Positions 1 through 14,265 are shown, counted from the first letter of the stretch. The stretch: 64,000 nucleotides of DNA from Lama glama (GCA_028534125.1 CM052817.1:80664001-80728000), one strand, 5' to 3'. A program made the numbers and translations. Notes: generated by a model not told the origin, from the letters alone.

Positions 1-550
1 TAGGTTTATTTAAGCTTAGGCAATATAATTGTTGGAATCCTTTCTTTTTCTAAAGACCTGTGGAAGTGTGAAGATCTTTGGATGTATACCTTGGAGCCTG
101 GAACTTAATTCACGTATAAGAATCCATGATTTATAACATTAGTAATGACATTCTATTTTTATGTCTGAGATGCATGTGCTGTTAGCTCATTGACACAAGT
201 TCCTATTACATCTTCTTCCAGTTTTCAAGAATGGCTTCATATTTCCAGGCTCCTAAACTGGACCACAGTTAGGCTTATGCCAAAACTTGTCATTCTTGCT
301 GGCTTTGGTTACATCCCAGATCACCAATTTATTGGGGTAATCTGGGCTTAACTAGTGAATAGTTGAACAGTCAGTGTGATATAAACACTCACAATACACT
401 TCTTCCTGTAATAGGTTTCCATAAGGAATTAAAGGGCTGAGCGGTGGTCAGAGGTGGGTGTAAGCTAGGTGAGTGGTGGTGTAGTGGTGGTGAGGTTGCA
501 GAGATACAGAGAACAGTAGGTTCCCATTTGACCTGTCCATCATATAGAGC

Positions 551-1162
551 TGTACTATGACTTACCATGACCCTGAGTCTGTCTTTTAAACCACACCTTT
601 GTTAGGTGGTCTCTAGGGAGCCTGCTCTGCCTCTGGAATTTTGCCTAATAGGATTCTGGAAGTCAACCAGATTCTGCCAACTAGATGTACTTGTGTGATA
701 TTTAGAAGAGGCAAAGTGAGGCAGAAGCCATCCTGCTCTTTCTAGTGGCAATTAAAGTCATGGAGATGTGAATGCCAGGAGGCATTTTCAGTGGCTGGAG
801 TCGGTTCTCCTGGGTCTGCTGGTCCTTAAGACTGCAGTGGAGGGGCAGCCCCCTGACACTTTACTTGACCTACGTAACTGATGGGTTTCAGTTGCAGCGG
901 TTGTGGAGCTGCGGTCTGTGTTCTGGTGTCTGATCACCGGTTTTACGAGCACTTAGAGAGGGCTGCTGAGGCTTACTGACTTCCAGAGCACTGCCACTGT
1001 GACATGTTTTGAATTCAGTATTTCCAGAGACAGAGTAGTCCTAACTCCTGATGTTCTAGAGTTTCCAATGAATTCAAAAGCATCCTATTCTTGAAATTAA
1101 ATATTTTGTTGCTTTTAATTGCTAGAACTTTTTTTGTTTCTTGGATTGAAGTTCCATGAGTT
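551..1162 (+). mobile_element. ERVL-class LTR (LTR33/LTR41-like), probable 5' LTR
   Basis: Begins TGTAC; contains 'agattctgccaac...gatatttagaagaggc...ggcagaagccat' typical of LTR33/41; ATTAAA near 1096; directly followed by ERVL internal sequence. Boundaries approximate. Confidence 0.6.
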
Positions 1163-1164
1163 TC

Positions 1165-2668
1165 GTATTTAATACTAGTTGTAAAGTGACGGCAATAGGC
1201 CTTTAAAGTCAGGAAATTGGGATTGGTTTTATGACCTGGTTGGATTTGAGCGCATTTACAATCTGGTTACCACTGGAAAATGAGACACTGGTAGTTCATG
1301 GCATCTAGTGGCAAAGCAGTTACTCAAAGTGTCGCTTGTGATATCCTTGAACCAGGTGCTCTATTAAATGTGTTTTGTCAGACTGAGTATCTATTATTTT
1401 GTTAGACCATTAGGATAGTAATGAAAAATTCAAGATGAGGTGGGATAGCTGCTTCCAGCTGTGCTGAAATTTCCTGTAGTTAAGGAAAATGAGAACAAGC
1501 TCAAATTCCTGGTTCAAGGCCCCGGGTCCAGGGAGCTTCTCTGACTGCTCTCAATGAACCACTTATCTTGTAGTCAAAAGGCCAGTGTAGCTGGGCAGTC
1601 TTAGTGTGTAGATGAATTCATATTCTTGCCAGATCACTTATAAGAACCTAAAATGTTGATAAGGAAAAGTGAACCTGAGACTTGAAATACGGCCTTTTGG
1701 GTTGATTTGGGTGAATTTTAATACCTTGAACCACCAAATTGCTCTGTGTCTCCCTAAACAGCAGTGGCATTCCTCTTACCTGTCTGGTTAAGCTCGTGGC
1801 ACCTCCCGCATGGTGTCTGGCCATGAGGGCTTGTCTGTCCCCTCCACACTCTGCCTCTGTTACCTCCTCACACGTACAACTCCCAGTGTGCTTTAGGGAG
1901 ATCAGTACAGGTGTGTCCATGGATGAAACAGTTATATGACAAAATCATTCCAACATATAGCCAATATGTATCAGAAGAAATTTGGAGATGAGACATGGAA
2001 TAGCATATAATGATGGTAGACCAGGAAGGAAGGAACATCAATTTCAGGCTTACTTCATGAGCCTGGGTACCCTTACTAGAAATTCTGAATTCAATATAAG
2101 TTTGAGAATTGGGGGTTCTAACTATGTCAGTTAGTTGGCTTGAAAACCTAGTGTCCTCCTAAACTAAATGAAAACCATGATGCCAGAAATTCCTTGGTAA
2201 AACACTGAGGAAGGAGTTCAAAGATTTAGGAGTGGATTTATCATATATGACTTACTCACTAACTTGCCGACTCTGTATCTGAGAAGGGCCCAGAGCACAC
2301 TGTGTAGGCCACGCAGTTGAGAAACAGTGTAGTGAAGGCCCCTGACTAGGGCAGTGACCGCAGCAGCTTCGTAGTGCTTGCTGTCCAGGAAAGAAGGTGT
2401 GAGATGCTGCCATTTGAAACAGTCCACCTGATTTTAATGGTCATGAATGATGGACTCAGTATGGCAGAGGCCATGAGGCAGTGTGGTTACCAAAGCTGGC
2501 AGCAGGGTTGGAATGGTTAATAGGATGGTTCGATCTGGGAGGATCTTTGACCATAGTTAGGCAATTGTGGCGCCTACAACGTTGGGAGAGATGAACAGCA
2601 TAGTGAAGTCCAACCTGATTTGTGTAACTGCGAGGGCCCTAGGTCTGGTGAACAGTGGCTGGTTCACC
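1165..2668 (+). mobile_element. Degenerate ERVL internal region (gag relic), cut off by the assembly gap
   Basis: By-eye translation gives DTGSSWHLVAKQLLKVS (~1285-1335) and ANMYQKKFG...DQEGRNIN...LGTLTRNSEFN (~1960-2095), resembling ERVL gag motifs; many stops and frameshifts. Confidence 0.75.
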
Positions 2669-3168
2669 NNNNNNNNNNNNNNNNNNNNNNNNNNNNNNNN
2701 NNNNNNNNNNNNNNNNNNNNNNNNNNNNNNNNNNNNNNNNNNNNNNNNNNNNNNNNNNNNNNNNNNNNNNNNNNNNNNNNNNNNNNNNNNNNNNNNNNNN
2801 NNNNNNNNNNNNNNNNNNNNNNNNNNNNNNNNNNNNNNNNNNNNNNNNNNNNNNNNNNNNNNNNNNNNNNNNNNNNNNNNNNNNNNNNNNNNNNNNNNNN
2901 NNNNNNNNNNNNNNNNNNNNNNNNNNNNNNNNNNNNNNNNNNNNNNNNNNNNNNNNNNNNNNNNNNNNNNNNNNNNNNNNNNNNNNNNNNNNNNNNNNNN
3001 NNNNNNNNNNNNNNNNNNNNNNNNNNNNNNNNNNNNNNNNNNNNNNNNNNNNNNNNNNNNNNNNNNNNNNNNNNNNNNNNNNNNNNNNNNNNNNNNNNNN
3101 NNNNNNNNNNNNNNNNNNNNNNNNNNNNNNNNNNNNNNNNNNNNNNNNNNNNNNNNNNNNNNNNNNNN
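2669..3168. other. Assembly gap, exactly 500 N
   Basis: Run of N; the round size suggests a fixed placeholder from scaffolding. Confidence 0.99.
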
Positions 3169-5310
3169 CTTTTCAGTGGGAAGACCTGAGATCTATAAAA
3201 ATCCTGCTCTTGGTGTAATTTCAAGAGGAAGCTGCATATACAATTTTAAGATATTCTGGTTCCTGTAATTATTGCTCATTCTTTCTTTTGCTACATTTGC
3301 TTCTGGGTCAGGTCATCTGTCTCACAGCTGACATTCTTTTCATTAATCCTGGTGCCTTTGAGGTAGACTTTGGAGAATGGGTCTAACCTTGACAGAGGCA
3401 TACAGAGGGGAAGAGCAGTCTCTATAAAACAAAGGACTGGGCCAAAACAACAGGAATGAGAAATCAGGACATCATAGGAAGTAAGTCTGGAAAATCTGCA
3501 TGGGGCTACATTAAGTACATAGGATGCCAACCCAAAATACCCTTTAGTTTTCTATAGAGGAATATTGTTTCAAATAGGATCAAAGAAAACCAGATAAATT
3601 TCCCCTAAAATTCCCCATTTTCTACACCTATCTTGAAAGATAACAGGACACTAATTGTATCAGCCTATTTTTCAAAAAATTGACAATGTTTCCTCTTATA
3701 AAGTACTAAGTTTCTAATTGATGGAAGTGGAATATTTAGTTATTCACTGTGGGTAATCAGTGTTATTTATCCTTCTACACTTTCAGTTTTCTTGATTAAC
3801 TTTCACTGATTGAAAATCTTACTTGATTTATATTGCTGTAATGAGATTTAGTGCATTCTTGCCTTTCCTTCGTTCCTGTCCCCACTTCGTGCCTCCCATC
3901 CCCTCTTTTGTTCTCCCCTTCTCCCTTCTTATCTTCTCTCTGCTCATTCAGTTAGCAATCCATCAGTTTTAATGGGGGTATATATAGATGTAATACAGCA
4001 ATGATTATTTTGTTTAAATGAGGTTCCTGTATCTTTACCATTTGGGGCACAATGCTGTATTTTTCATACCATATGGTCTTTGCAATGTTTATAATGCTTT
4101 CTTTTGGTAAAAAGGATTTGTTTATAGATGTCATAAAGTAAAGCATCACTCTTAGCTCTCATAATCATAATCACCACCAATACCACCATAATAACGATAA
4201 CCTTTGGGTTCAAAAGACCAAACAGTTTTGTAATGTTCTACTTGTCTTCGGATCTTCACTACCATGGCTTTTATGCATTCATGAAAACAGCAGAGAATAA
4301 AAGCTTGGTAGTTTACATGCTGTAAAAATTAAAAGGACATGATTAAGGATTAAAGGAGGTAATGATTTAATTTTGGAGTTGCTGAGCTGGGTTCTGGTGC
4401 TCTGGGAAACTTTGGGGAAAATCTCGATATTGCAGTGACAGATTTGGGTTGGAATATTTTGTGAACGCAATAGCAGATGCACTGATGGAAGGCTTCTCAA
4501 ATCAAGATGTTGCCTCACACGACCTTAGGACTCGATGGTTCTCCCAAGGGTGTAGATTTGGCGAGAAGTTTTCTGTTTAACTAAAACTGGAAAATTATTC
4601 CCTTTCACATTTTATTTAAAGAGTTATGTAAAATTACATGGTTTGCAAAAACTATTAACAGGATATAAATATATGATCTTTAAACCAGTCAAATCTATTT
4701 ATAGTCTTAAGAGAGCTTGAATTAGCGTGAATATCCTTTATGGTAATTTTCCTGGGGCTATAAATACGGTATATATGTCTCTGTTATCTTTGCTTCCACT
4801 GATGAACTTGAAATTGCTTACTGGACCTTTTTGAGACTCTCAGGGATTTGTGTGTCTTCTACCAGGTTGTTGAAGATATATACCTTGGAAATTTTCAAGG
4901 ATTCAACTAGGCATTAAAAGAGTTAATAAATTTGAAAAGTTTGAAAATTTGTACTGATGATCTTTGGCCTCTCGAATCCCTGATACTGGGGCACCATTGC
5001 TTGTCATTGCACACTGTACATTTGCTTGTATTTTCTTTACTTTCAAGGACTACTAATAAATAATATATGGCATATTTATGACCACGTGTCACTTGACCCA
5101 ATTCAGAATTAACCTACAGGAACTCTGCTACATGATAAATATAATCAAATACCATGAAAATATCTTATTAAACTCTATAATCTTTAAAACCATGCAATAA
5201 ATCACATAACTTGTAAAGATTTTACATCTCATCCTAATGATATTTAAATTCCTGTTCAAGACTGGATTTTTAAAAAATGACCATTCTAAACGTTAAAAAG
5301 TTAAGTAGCA

Positions 5311-5398
5311 GGAGAGGGTATATCTCAGTGGTAGAGCGCATGCTTAGTAGTCACAAGGTCCTGGGTTCAATCCCCAGTACTTCCATTACAAAAAAAAA
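5311..5398 (+). mobile_element. tRNA-Ala-derived SINE (camelid vic-1 type)
   Basis: GGAGAGGGTATATCTCAGTGGTAGAGCGCATGCTTAG...GGTCCTGGGTTCAATCCCCAGTACTTCCA with A and B boxes, degraded anticodon arm, A-tail; flanked by taagtagca/taagtagga (probable TSD). Confidence 0.85.
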
Positions 5399-5987
5399 TA
5401 AGTAGGAATTTTGACCGTTTGTTTGAATAATGAGAGCTGCACATTGACAGTAACTATTCATACTTTGTACCAAGATCTTAATTTGACATGATGGCATGTT
5501 TTAGTTGTGTTTGGATTTACTGTCAAACCCTAAAAACATTAGTAAATGGTACCCGCACTTTTAAATCATAAAAGGAAACCTAGATTTGTTTGCAGTTTTT
5601 TTAATCTGTTGTTAATATACTTGAAAGAACACAGCCCTGTCTAATAAACACATCAAACTAATGGGTACCAGAGCAGTTCAGAAGAGTGTTTGTTGTTTGG
5701 TGTTTAGATTTCAGTCAGAATTAATCAACAATGGATGGGGCCTGCTGTATTTATTAGCAGCTCAAATCCCTGTGATTTAATGCCAGGTCCCTTTGACTCA
5801 TTCCAGTGAATGCTGGCAAGGTTACAGCACTGATACATACTTACATCCTCGGGTCTTAAAAAGAAAGGGAAAAATAGAGCCTAAAATCAGACCACAGGAT
5901 TGGCAAGAATTTCCCAAGAGCCATTTTGGAGTTCACCCTATGCAGGGAGTCTGTGAATAGGAAGCAATTGATTCAGGAACACTGAGA

Positions 5988-6011
5988 TTTTTTTTTTTTT
6001 TTTTTTTTTTT
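5988..6011. repeat. Poly-T tract (T24)
   Basis: Direct reading. Confidence 0.95.
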
Positions 6012-7943
6012 GCCTGAAGAAGCCCTAAGCTGTGCAGATGGCTCACTGGCATAATCCAGTCTGCTCTTGTCTTTTATTTTATATATTAGGCTACTTTCTT
6101 CTCACGCTCTGTATTGCTTTTATTTTCTCTCTTTAAGCCTCCAAATTCTGGGGCAACAAGAGGTTGCAGGGGTTCATTGAGGTGGTTTCTGAGTTGCTAG
6201 TCCTTGGCTGGCAAGGCCGCCCGCTTGTCACAGGCACCACTAGGGTCTTCTTTGTACACAAGTGTCAACTTTTGAATGATGCCCCTGGAAACAGATGTAA
6301 AGATTAATCTTGAGAATGCTTTTTTTCCCCCTGAGGCTCCGAAAATGTGCCTCCTCGTGCAATAGTCCTGATTCTTGACATGTATTTTTTCCCGAGTGAT
6401 CTTATTTTTCAATTACAAAGAATTACATTCTTTACTGTTCATGTTCAGAAAATTCCACAGCCCTTAGCCCTTCCTGCTGCTTCTCATGTCTAGGGGCTGC
6501 CTTTCGAGAGCAAATTATTTGTGGGAAGACAGTATTTATCTGGAAACTCTTCAGTGAAAACTTGATGGAGTCATCGTTCCTCTAGGGACCATCTGTCTCC
6601 CTCAGAAGATAAGATTGGCCAGTGTCTCCCTCCTACAACTTCCTATGGGAAGATAGCCGGCTTTGGGCCCGATAAGTAGGTTCACACTGAATGAGTCGGC
6701 GCGGTCTCACACATCTTTTCATGTCCATCCCAGAAAATGTTTCTGTCTATCTTTCTCTAGGCCATATTGTCTGTTTTCTCTCATTTGGAGGCAAATTTTG
6801 ACGGAAAAAATACACGCCCAGATGGGCCTATGTTCAAGTATTTCCATGTTAAATATTAGGACATATCTCAATGTGTTCTGAAACTAATCTGTATTTTAAA
6901 AAACAACACTGAGGATGTTAATCACATGCCTGTGTGTTCCTTTAGTGCCCCGTGGTCGAATGACAAGTTTCCTTTCAGCAAATAGAAGCCTTTGTGGGAA
7001 TAGTATGGGCTATCTTTTTTTTTTTTTTCCAATTGTAAATGTTCCGCACACAGAGGATAAATACCACAGAATCCACCACTTTGGAATGACTTGGATTGTG
7101 AGTCAATGTCCTTGTTTTCCCTCCTTAAAAATTGTCTTTTCCATTTATATGGGAAACATATGTAGATAGTTCCTCCTTTCTTCTCGTTAAACAATGTGCG
7201 TAATGCATTTCAGCTGAGAGTTAAAAAAAAGCTCTGGTTCTTTAAACATTTGCATACAATCGGCCAGTGTCCTCCAACATACAGATTTTTTCCTCACGAT
7301 GGTGATCGTTCTCTCTATAGTCAGCACTGTCTTGTGTGAGGGGCATTTATTTCGGTACTGCCACACTTGATATTCTTATGGTCTCTTTTAGATTATGTAT
7401 CTCAAGAGGATCTTGGCTTTGTCAAGTGAAAGATGTTTAAATTTAAGACCAAATACAGATTTTTTGACTAGAGATGGCAGAGGAAATGTGTTTGTATCCC
7501 AGTTTATTCCTTGAAATAATAAAAAACAATAGGGCAAAATAAGTAAGAAAGGCTATGTTCAGCGAAACTAGGCACAGGGAAACCACGCAAACCAGACAAC
7601 AAAGTACAGACGCCAAAAAATCAGGACCAGACCAAGATAGCTCCAGTCTGAGGGTACGTACATCTCTGGTCTCCGGCAGTATGGACGGCGCTTTACAAGT
7701 TGGGTGCCCAGTCCTGAAAGGGCCACCCAAGGATTTATCCCTGGACTGACAGAATCTGGGGTTTGTATTGGCTGCAGGCAGGTCATTGAATTCAGATTTA
7801 CACGTCGAAGAGGAGCAGGGTCAGGATATAAACAGAATTACTCAGACACACCATTTTATCACAAGCAGGCTGACCACTAGGAAGAGGGAAGATGTTAGAA
7901 GGCCAACAGGGTTTTTAGGAAATCACAGGCAGCCGAAGGCTCC

Positions 7944-8730
7944 TATGGTCTGCTGGAGCCAGCTTGTGCTTGCTCTCTAGAGCCAATTAGTAAATTTTTG
8001 AAATTTTGCAAGTCGATTGTTAAACATAGTCATTATTTAAAATTAAATTATAGAGGTATAATAAATTATATTAAAAAGGTAATGAGTACTCAAAAGTCAT
8101 CAAGGAACCTACTATGTTTCCTATTATCTATGTTCTTCTGGTTATTCACATCGATTGGATCTGACTGGTGAGAGTATTACATAGAAGTGCCCTACTGTGC
8201 TTTTTCCCCCAACCCTGTGGTCAGAGAGATCATGTTAGGAGCTTGAAATCAGGCATGGTGAGAGTATTTATACCATAAAAACCTGCAAATGCTACAAATC
8301 AGCCCTTGATCTATGGGTTTGTTTATTATTTAGACTTAAAATGATGGAAAACTGTTAATCATGCTGATTCAAATTAACAGTGTCATGTCTGTAGCACAAA
8401 AAATTGAGCAAGTATTCTTCTAGTGTATGAATCTATTATCTGGTTCAGCAAATAAGTTGCTCAAGTCACTGGCAAAAGAGTGACGTTCCCAGGTGTGAGT
8501 CTTTGCCATTTCACTTTCATCTGATGCAACAAATGAAAACAGCATCCAACATTCATGCTGAACCACACTTGTCTGTTGTCACCACCACAGGTTGGGTACA
8601 AGTTTGGCAAAAACTCAATGAAAGCATTCTGGGAGAATTGGCTACCTGGACTTTACAATAATTTTATTATGATTTTATAAATTGTGTGCTATAATCCTTT
8701 ACATAGTAAAACTTAAAATAAACTTCTGTA
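7944..8730 (+). mobile_element. hAT-Blackjack DNA transposon relic (MER63-like)
   Basis: 'tgctggagccagcttg...agagccaatt...aattttgcaagtcgattgttaaacat...gcttgaaatcaggcatggtgagagtatttatacca...atgctacaaatcag' follows the MER63 consensus as recalled. Confidence 0.8.
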
Positions 8731-9549
8731 CGTGTATATAAAATGCAAGTATGTAGAAATGTGTGTGTACATACACATATGTACATTATTTTTAGGGTCA
8801 GTTAAGTATCCACAGATGCTTTGCATTGTCCCAGCAAGATGTCCTCCCTCTGTGTTGAGGGATGGGGACAGAAGAAATGGAGGTTTAGCAACATGAATAC
8901 AGGGAGCAGTAAACGGAGACACAGCAAAGCTTCAGAATTAATGAGAAAGTACTTTGAGATAATACATTTGAGTTCAAGACACTTGTAGTCCCAGTTTTCC
9001 TCCCTGGCTTCTCTTCTCCCACACTGGTCAGTCTTAGCTGGTCCTGAAAAAACTATCATTTATCATTTGGAGATACCATTTTCTGAAAAGAATGAGCATG
9101 AGATCTAGGCACAGATATTCAAGACAAAAAAAAAAGCAATAGGAGCTAATTAATGTAACATGGCATGCAGAAAGTGCTCAGCAAGTTAATACTATGATTA
9201 CTGTTATCCTTTAAGGTAGATGATTAATTCACATCGGAATAAGGATTATGCCCACAAGCAGAAAAACCATTTCAAACATACAGTTCTCCACATTATCAGA
9301 CTAAAGACAATATTACTTTGGTGAAATGAGCGGTCACAGAAGAAAAACAGTGAATCGACGAAGAAAAAGTTGAGGGAAAGAAACTATTCTCAGAGAATTT
9401 GAGAATTTTGGACCAAGCCAAGCTGTCTGAGTATACAGGACACAGACAGATCATCTCAGAGATGAATGAATGCAAGGAACAGAATACTTATGTGTCTTTC
9501 TTTGAAAATGTACATGATAGTGAAAACTAAACTATATATATTTAGTTAT

Positions 9550-9582
9550 ACACACACATACACACACACACACACACACACA
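9550..9582. repeat. (CA)n microsatellite
   Basis: Direct reading. Confidence 0.95.
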
Positions 9583-9619
9583 AATTCCTTAATCTGAAAT
9601 CAGTGAAGATAGTCTTATT

Positions 9620-10860
9620 TCTAATGCTCTTGGATATTAAAATCAAACAGACAAACATATATCTGGGCACAAATAAAGCCTCAGTAAATGCTATAAAGTA
9701 AAAAGAGTGCATAATATAGAAATATCATAGTGCACTGAAACTAGAAATTTATTACAAAAATAAAATAACAAAATCCCACTCATCTAGAATTAAAAGTAAC
9801 ACTAACAACAAAATAACTCTCAATTTTTAGGTCAAAGAGAAAAATCAGAACTGAAGTCACAGAGCGTGCAGAAAATAACAATAATGAAAACACTACACGA
9901 GAGAACTTGGGTTATTAAGCTGAAGCCACGCTCAGGAGAAAATTCATGGCCTTGAGCACAAATGAAGAAAAAATCTTTTAACAGAATAAGTTAGGAAAAG
10001 ACCAGCAAAACCACCTTACAAAAGCAGAAGTAAAGGTTTGATTAAAATAATAGCAACAATTAGTAAATTAGAATACGTAACTAATATGTAAATGAATCCC
10101 AGTAACACAGAAAAAAAAATCACTGGTAACCTAATTAAAAAGAAAAAGGAGATCTTGCAAACACACAAAATTAGAAGCCAAAGGAAAAATAACCAGATGC
10201 AGAGGAAATTGTTAGAAATGACTCAGGCTTTTTTTTTTTTTTTATAAATACATTTGAAAACTTGGATACATGGATGATTTTAAAGGTACATATGACCAAA
10301 ATTGATACCAGATGAAAGGGCAAACTCAAGCAAAACAATTACAAGGTAGAAAATGAAAAAAAAATTTATGAAAGTGCTGTCCTTTTTAAAAAAGGTCAAG
10401 GCTCATAGTATTTTAAATGTGAAATCTTTGCAACCTTGGGAAAACATATGAAAGCTCCCTTACACTGTTTGGAGCTGCGTAGAAAAATGCTTCCATTTTA
10501 TTTTTACAAAACTACCACCCTTTGAAACAAAATCCTGAAAAAAGGAGATATCACACCTAGCTTAGTAAGCTAGAAATGACCCAAAGTAAAGTTAAATGAC
10601 AGTGGAATATTACATAGCCATTAAAAGGGAAATGTATAGCTATGTTTATGTGGCTATGGAAAGATCTTCAAATATAGTATTAAAAAAGGAAGATTCAGAA
10701 CAATGTGTATAATGTGTCCATTTGCGTAAAAGTGTGCATAGATTTATGATGGAACATTTGATGAAGAAATTGTTGATGGTGCTAAGTGTCACTTGGAGTG
10801 GGAGAAACTATCAGTTTTCATTGTATCATTGTATACTTTTTTTTTACTTCATTATTTTAA
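9620..10860 (+). mobile_element. Ancient L1 (L1ME-like) ORF2 fragments and 3' end
   Basis: A-rich degraded ORF2-like text ('ctgggcacaaataaagcctcagtaaat...aaactagaaat', 'tttgaaaacttggatacatggatgatttt') and a 3' region 'ggaatattacatagccattaaaagg'. Confidence 0.7.
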
Positions 10861-12449
10861 TTTAAATCATTCATCTTATCCTTAACAACAAAGTAGAATT
10901 TGCATAGTCAGTGAATTGCCAGACTACTATTCTTAAATTACACATCTGGCCTAGAATTACAGACATGACACTTACTTTAACCAGTGTGTTCTCACAAGAT
11001 AGCATATCAAATAAGATTTTTCCCTTTCATTCTTTATCAGTTGGAATTTTCAAGTGGAATCCCTGCTTTGTAATCCATGGAAAACTTGACCTTTCAACCA
11101 GGTCATGAGATTTTAAGCACACTGACCAGTTTGATCAGAAACGTCCATTACTTTAGAGGGGTATTAGACATTTCATTTTCATTACATATTTCCAGTTTTC
11201 TTTTTAGCTACTTAAAGAGAGTTCTGTATTATACTGTACTCTAGAACAAAACAGCATCAAGAGATCCTGCTCTTTTTTTTCCCTTAATAAGTTAAGATTC
11301 TTGACCTTCCTCTAACATTTAAATAACACAAAGTTTCTGAAAATCTTAGTTATCTGGCAACTATATAGTTTATGTTAACCTTTTAGACTGGTGAGTTTGT
11401 TCAGTCTGATGGGTTCTCAATGAAATGCATCAGGGGAAACTTATAGAGGAGGTCCAGTTCTCCTACAGGAAACCGTGGAAGCAGATGCCATGGGCTAATA
11501 ATGGCATCTTTAGGGAGATGGTTTTGCTTTTCATGAAGAAAGAATGTTGTGAATTGTTCTATGAGAATTTCAGTGTCTCCAATGTCCCAGGTTCCCAGGT
11601 GATGTACTATGAATTGTTAGATTAAATGGTGTACAAGCAACAGGAATTTTAGTAGACTGAAATCAGCAAAGGCCAAGATGTTATTGTAAAAGTCTTAGGT
11701 AGATGGCAAAGTTCTGTTCTCAGTTAAGGATTTTGGATTCACATGTTGCCAAGGTGGTCCTAGACCTCATGCCTGTTTTGGTGTATTTTCAAAGGAAGAT
11801 TTGGATATATGGTGTCTGGATATTAAAAATTTTCCTACCTCGCTATATTTATCAAGCTGACACCAGCTCTTGAACTCATATATTATTTTGGGGGAGAGTG
11901 ACTGACTATGGGCGCATTTATGAAAGTGGTAAGAAAAATGGAGGCGTCCTCTTAGTTTCAGTGTAGGGATGCTTCCCAGGTCCAGAGCTCTTTCCCAGCA
12001 TTCTTGAGCCCTGGCTAATGAAGTGCTAATAGGGTGTTAGCACTGGCTACTGGACAAAGGCACCCGAAAGACAGGAGAGTAAACACTCTTTGAAGTGGTG
12101 CCTAGTCCTTTGAAAGTGTGCTTCTACCAGGAAGATAAGCACTTTTCCTGTCTTAGAGATCCTTGATTTGATATCCTACATCCTGTGGTATAGATACATT
12201 TTCTCTTTGCAGGTGGTACTTAGGGAAGAAACTGCATTGGAGAGTTGGTTCCAGGGCTTGGCTGTCTTATGTTTGATCTGGCTAACAGTGCCTCATATAG
12301 GAAACCTCTAAATAATTGTTAACTGGTTTAGGTGACTTTTCTTATTCCCCACCCCTAGGAGACAAACAAAAATATAAAGTAGGTCAAACCTGGGGAAAAT
12401 AACCCAAAATGCCACTCTACACTCTTTTCCTCTTTGACTTCTCCTCACT

Positions 12450-12590
12450 CTCCTTTTCTGTCTTCAGTACCCTAATTAAATAAGGTCAGAGCTGTCTCTT
12501 ACTGGCCTTTCTATCCCCAGTTCCCAGAATAACAGTTTCTAAACTATAAGTATTGAATCTATTAGCACACATGAATGAATTGGTTTATTA
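12450..12590 (+). mobile_element. L2 3' fragment
   Basis: 'tctatccccagttcccagaataacagtttct...atgaatgaat' resembles the L2 tail. Confidence 0.45.
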
Positions 12591-12699
12591 CATGGACTAA
12601 AACCCTGAAGAAGATGCTCAACAGCATGATTCTTTAACCTAAAAAGGTTCTCAGCAGAAAACCATATATAGGACAATACAATGCTTTTTAACTTTTAAG

Positions 12700-14265
12700 T
12701 ATTTAGATCTTGTACGTATCTTGTTAGGTTTATTCCTACACATTTCATTTTGCGGGGGGGGCGGGCAGTTTTCAAACTTCATTGCTCATTGCCAAGATAT
12801 AAGAAAGTGATTGACTTTAGTATATTAACCTTGTGTCCTGAAAACTTTCTGTAATTGCTTATTAGTTCCAGGAGTCTTTCTGTCAATTCTTTCAGACCTT
12901 CTACAGGAACAATCATGTCATCTGAGAACAAAGACAGTTCAATTCTTTCTTCCTAATCAGTGCATTTTTAACTTCCTCTTGTCTTATTTCATTAGCTATA
13001 ACTTCCAGTATAAATGATGAAAGCAGTAGCAAGAGCAGATATCCTTGCCTTATTCCTGATCACAGTGGGAAGCTTCTAGTTTCTCTTGTTAAATATGATG
13101 TTAGCTGTAGGTTTTTTTTATAGATGCTTTTTGTAACAAGTTGAGGACATTCCCTTCCATTCATAAGTTTACTGAGAGTTTTTATCATGAATGGCTGTTG
13201 GGTTTTGTCAAACGCTCCATCTATTGATAGGATTATGTGACTTTTCTTTTTTAGCTTGCTGATACGATAAATTACATTAATTGAATTTTGAATGTTGAAT
13301 CAGCTTTACATACCTGGGATAAATCCCGGCTGGTCACAGTATATAATTATTTTTATACATGGTCGGATTCAATTTGCTAGTATTTGTTGAAGATTTTTGT
13401 ATCTATGTTCATAAGAGATACTGATCTGAGGTTTTCTTGCAATGTCTTTGTCTGTTTTTGGTATTAAGGTAATGCTGATCTCATAAAATGAGTTAGCAAG
13501 TATTCCCTTTGCTTGCTTTTTCCTGTAAGAGATAGTGTAGAGGATTGGTATAATTTCTTCCTTACCTGTTTGGTAGAATTCACCATTTGGGCCTGGTACT
13601 TTCTCTTTTGGAAGGTTATTAATTATTGATTTAATTTCTGTACTGGATACAGGCCTATTCAGTTTGTCTGTTTCTTCTTATGTGAGTTCAGCAGATTATG
13701 TCTTTCAAGGAATTGATGCGTTCCATCTACATTATCAGATTTGTAGGCATAGAGTTGTTCGTGGTATTCCTTTATCCTTTCAATATCCTTGGTATCTGTA
13801 GTGACACATCCTTTTTCATTTTGCTATTGGTAATTTTTATTTTCTCTCTTTTTTTCTTAGTTATTCTGATTAGAGGCTCATCAATTTTACTGAATTTTTC
13901 TAAGAGCCAGTTTTTGGTTTCACTGATTTCTTCTATTGATTTCCTATTTTCAATTTCATTGATTCCAGCTTGAATTTTTATTGTTTCATTTTTTCTGCTT
14001 AATTTAATTTGCTTTTCTTTTTTTAGTTTCCCAAAGTGGAAACTTAGTTTATTCATTTTAGATCTTTCTTCTTTTCTTCAGTTTCCCTCTGAGCACCGTT
14101 TTCACTACATCCTACAAATTTCGATAAGTTGTATTTTCATTTTCATTTAGTTAAAACTATTTTTCAATTTCTCTTGAGATTTCTTCTTTGACCCATGTGT
14201 TATTTAGGTGTGTGTTGTTTATTCTCCAAGTATTTTGGGACTTTCCAGCTATGTTTCTGTTGAAT
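12700..14265 (-). mobile_element. L1 ORF2 fragment (older mammalian L1M family)
   Basis: ORF 13772-14056(-) has 'INEIENRKSIEEISETKNWLLEKFSKIDEPLIRITKKKREK', a typical L1 ORF2 segment between EN and RT; surrounding DNA is antisense RT-region sequence. Confidence 0.92.

Noticed and set aside
2567..3268. Long ORFs of 186-233 aa in the track
   Set aside because: Artefacts of translating through the 500-N gap.
5311..5385. tRNA-Ala gene
   Set aside because: Anticodon arm and A box are mutated, and it has an A-tail and TSD, so it is a SINE.
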